DNA from: Somniosus microcephalus
Taxonomy: Eukaryota
Length of the DNA stretch: 64,000 bases
Assembly: GCA_052327205.1 (NCBI GenBank)
Contig: CM126224.1
Span: 23,808,001 to 23,872,000 of the forward strand
Direction of reading: 5' to 3'
Shown one piece after another: positions 63,601-64,000 of this stretch (its first letter is position 1; every line of letters begins with the position of its first letter). Made by a program: the position numbers and the translations under genes. The notes beneath the pieces are model-generated. The model was not told the origin of the DNA and ran no database searches. It was given only the letters and a program-made list of their open reading frames with translations.

Positions 63601-64000
63601 CTGGCCTCTAATTTGTTCTTGTAAATATCTGAGTTGGGAGTTTGATTTTTGCACTCTTTGTCTGCTAACTGTCTTAACATATTCTTTTATTTGCCTTTGC
63701 AAAATGTGTACTGCATTCTCAGACTTTTTTGTTGGAACGCTGTCGTTGCCCGTTGGTAGTAATTTACAGGACATATCAGGGCGTTAAAGGAGCGACGCTA
63801 AATTCGCACGTGGCAAGGAGTATTTCCATTCTTGTGAAATTAACATTTCTCACTACAAGCCATCATCTAAATCGCAATTCAATAAGTAGATACATTATGC
63901 CTCAATCGTAAAAGAAGTATCCCTAGCGTTAATGCTAAGGCAGTGTGGTCTAGTTGCTCTGTATTTCAACTAACATTTTATTTTGTGAGTGCAACAAATT

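Overview
Vertebrate genomic DNA. The repeat content (CR1 with (CATAGAAA)n tails, L2, Penelope-like fragments, several tRNA-headed SINE families) suggests a cartilaginous fish, which is an inference. The window holds the 5' end of the LIM-homeobox gene LMX1B on the minus strand: coding exon 1 (59703-59841, 139 nt) and exon 2 (58954-59140, 187 nt, first LIM domain) lie in a CpG-rich, TE-poor block of about 52-64 kb. Everything from 58953 leftwards appears to be the long intron 2, and I did not find exon 3. That intron contains a young full-length Ty3/Gypsy element (2305-6802; 217-bp LTRs, GAGGG TSD), a near-intact 5'-truncated CR1, nested LINE/SINE/MITE insertions, a decayed Gypsy with RNase H as its last domain, two large low-complexity tracts and several candidate enhancer islands. 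Three observations stand out. (1) The Gypsy has no tRNA primer-binding site; the PBS position is a perfect 14-nt reverse complement of the ATTAAA-containing segment of its own LTR, suggesting self-priming or poly(A)-signal occlusion, and its RT has a YLDN active site. (2) Penelope-derived minimal hammerhead-ribozyme motifs lie on the LMX1B sense strand. (3) Harbinger-like MITEs carry convergent splice-donor motifs. All comparisons were done by eye, so repeat boundaries are approximate unless a TSD is given.
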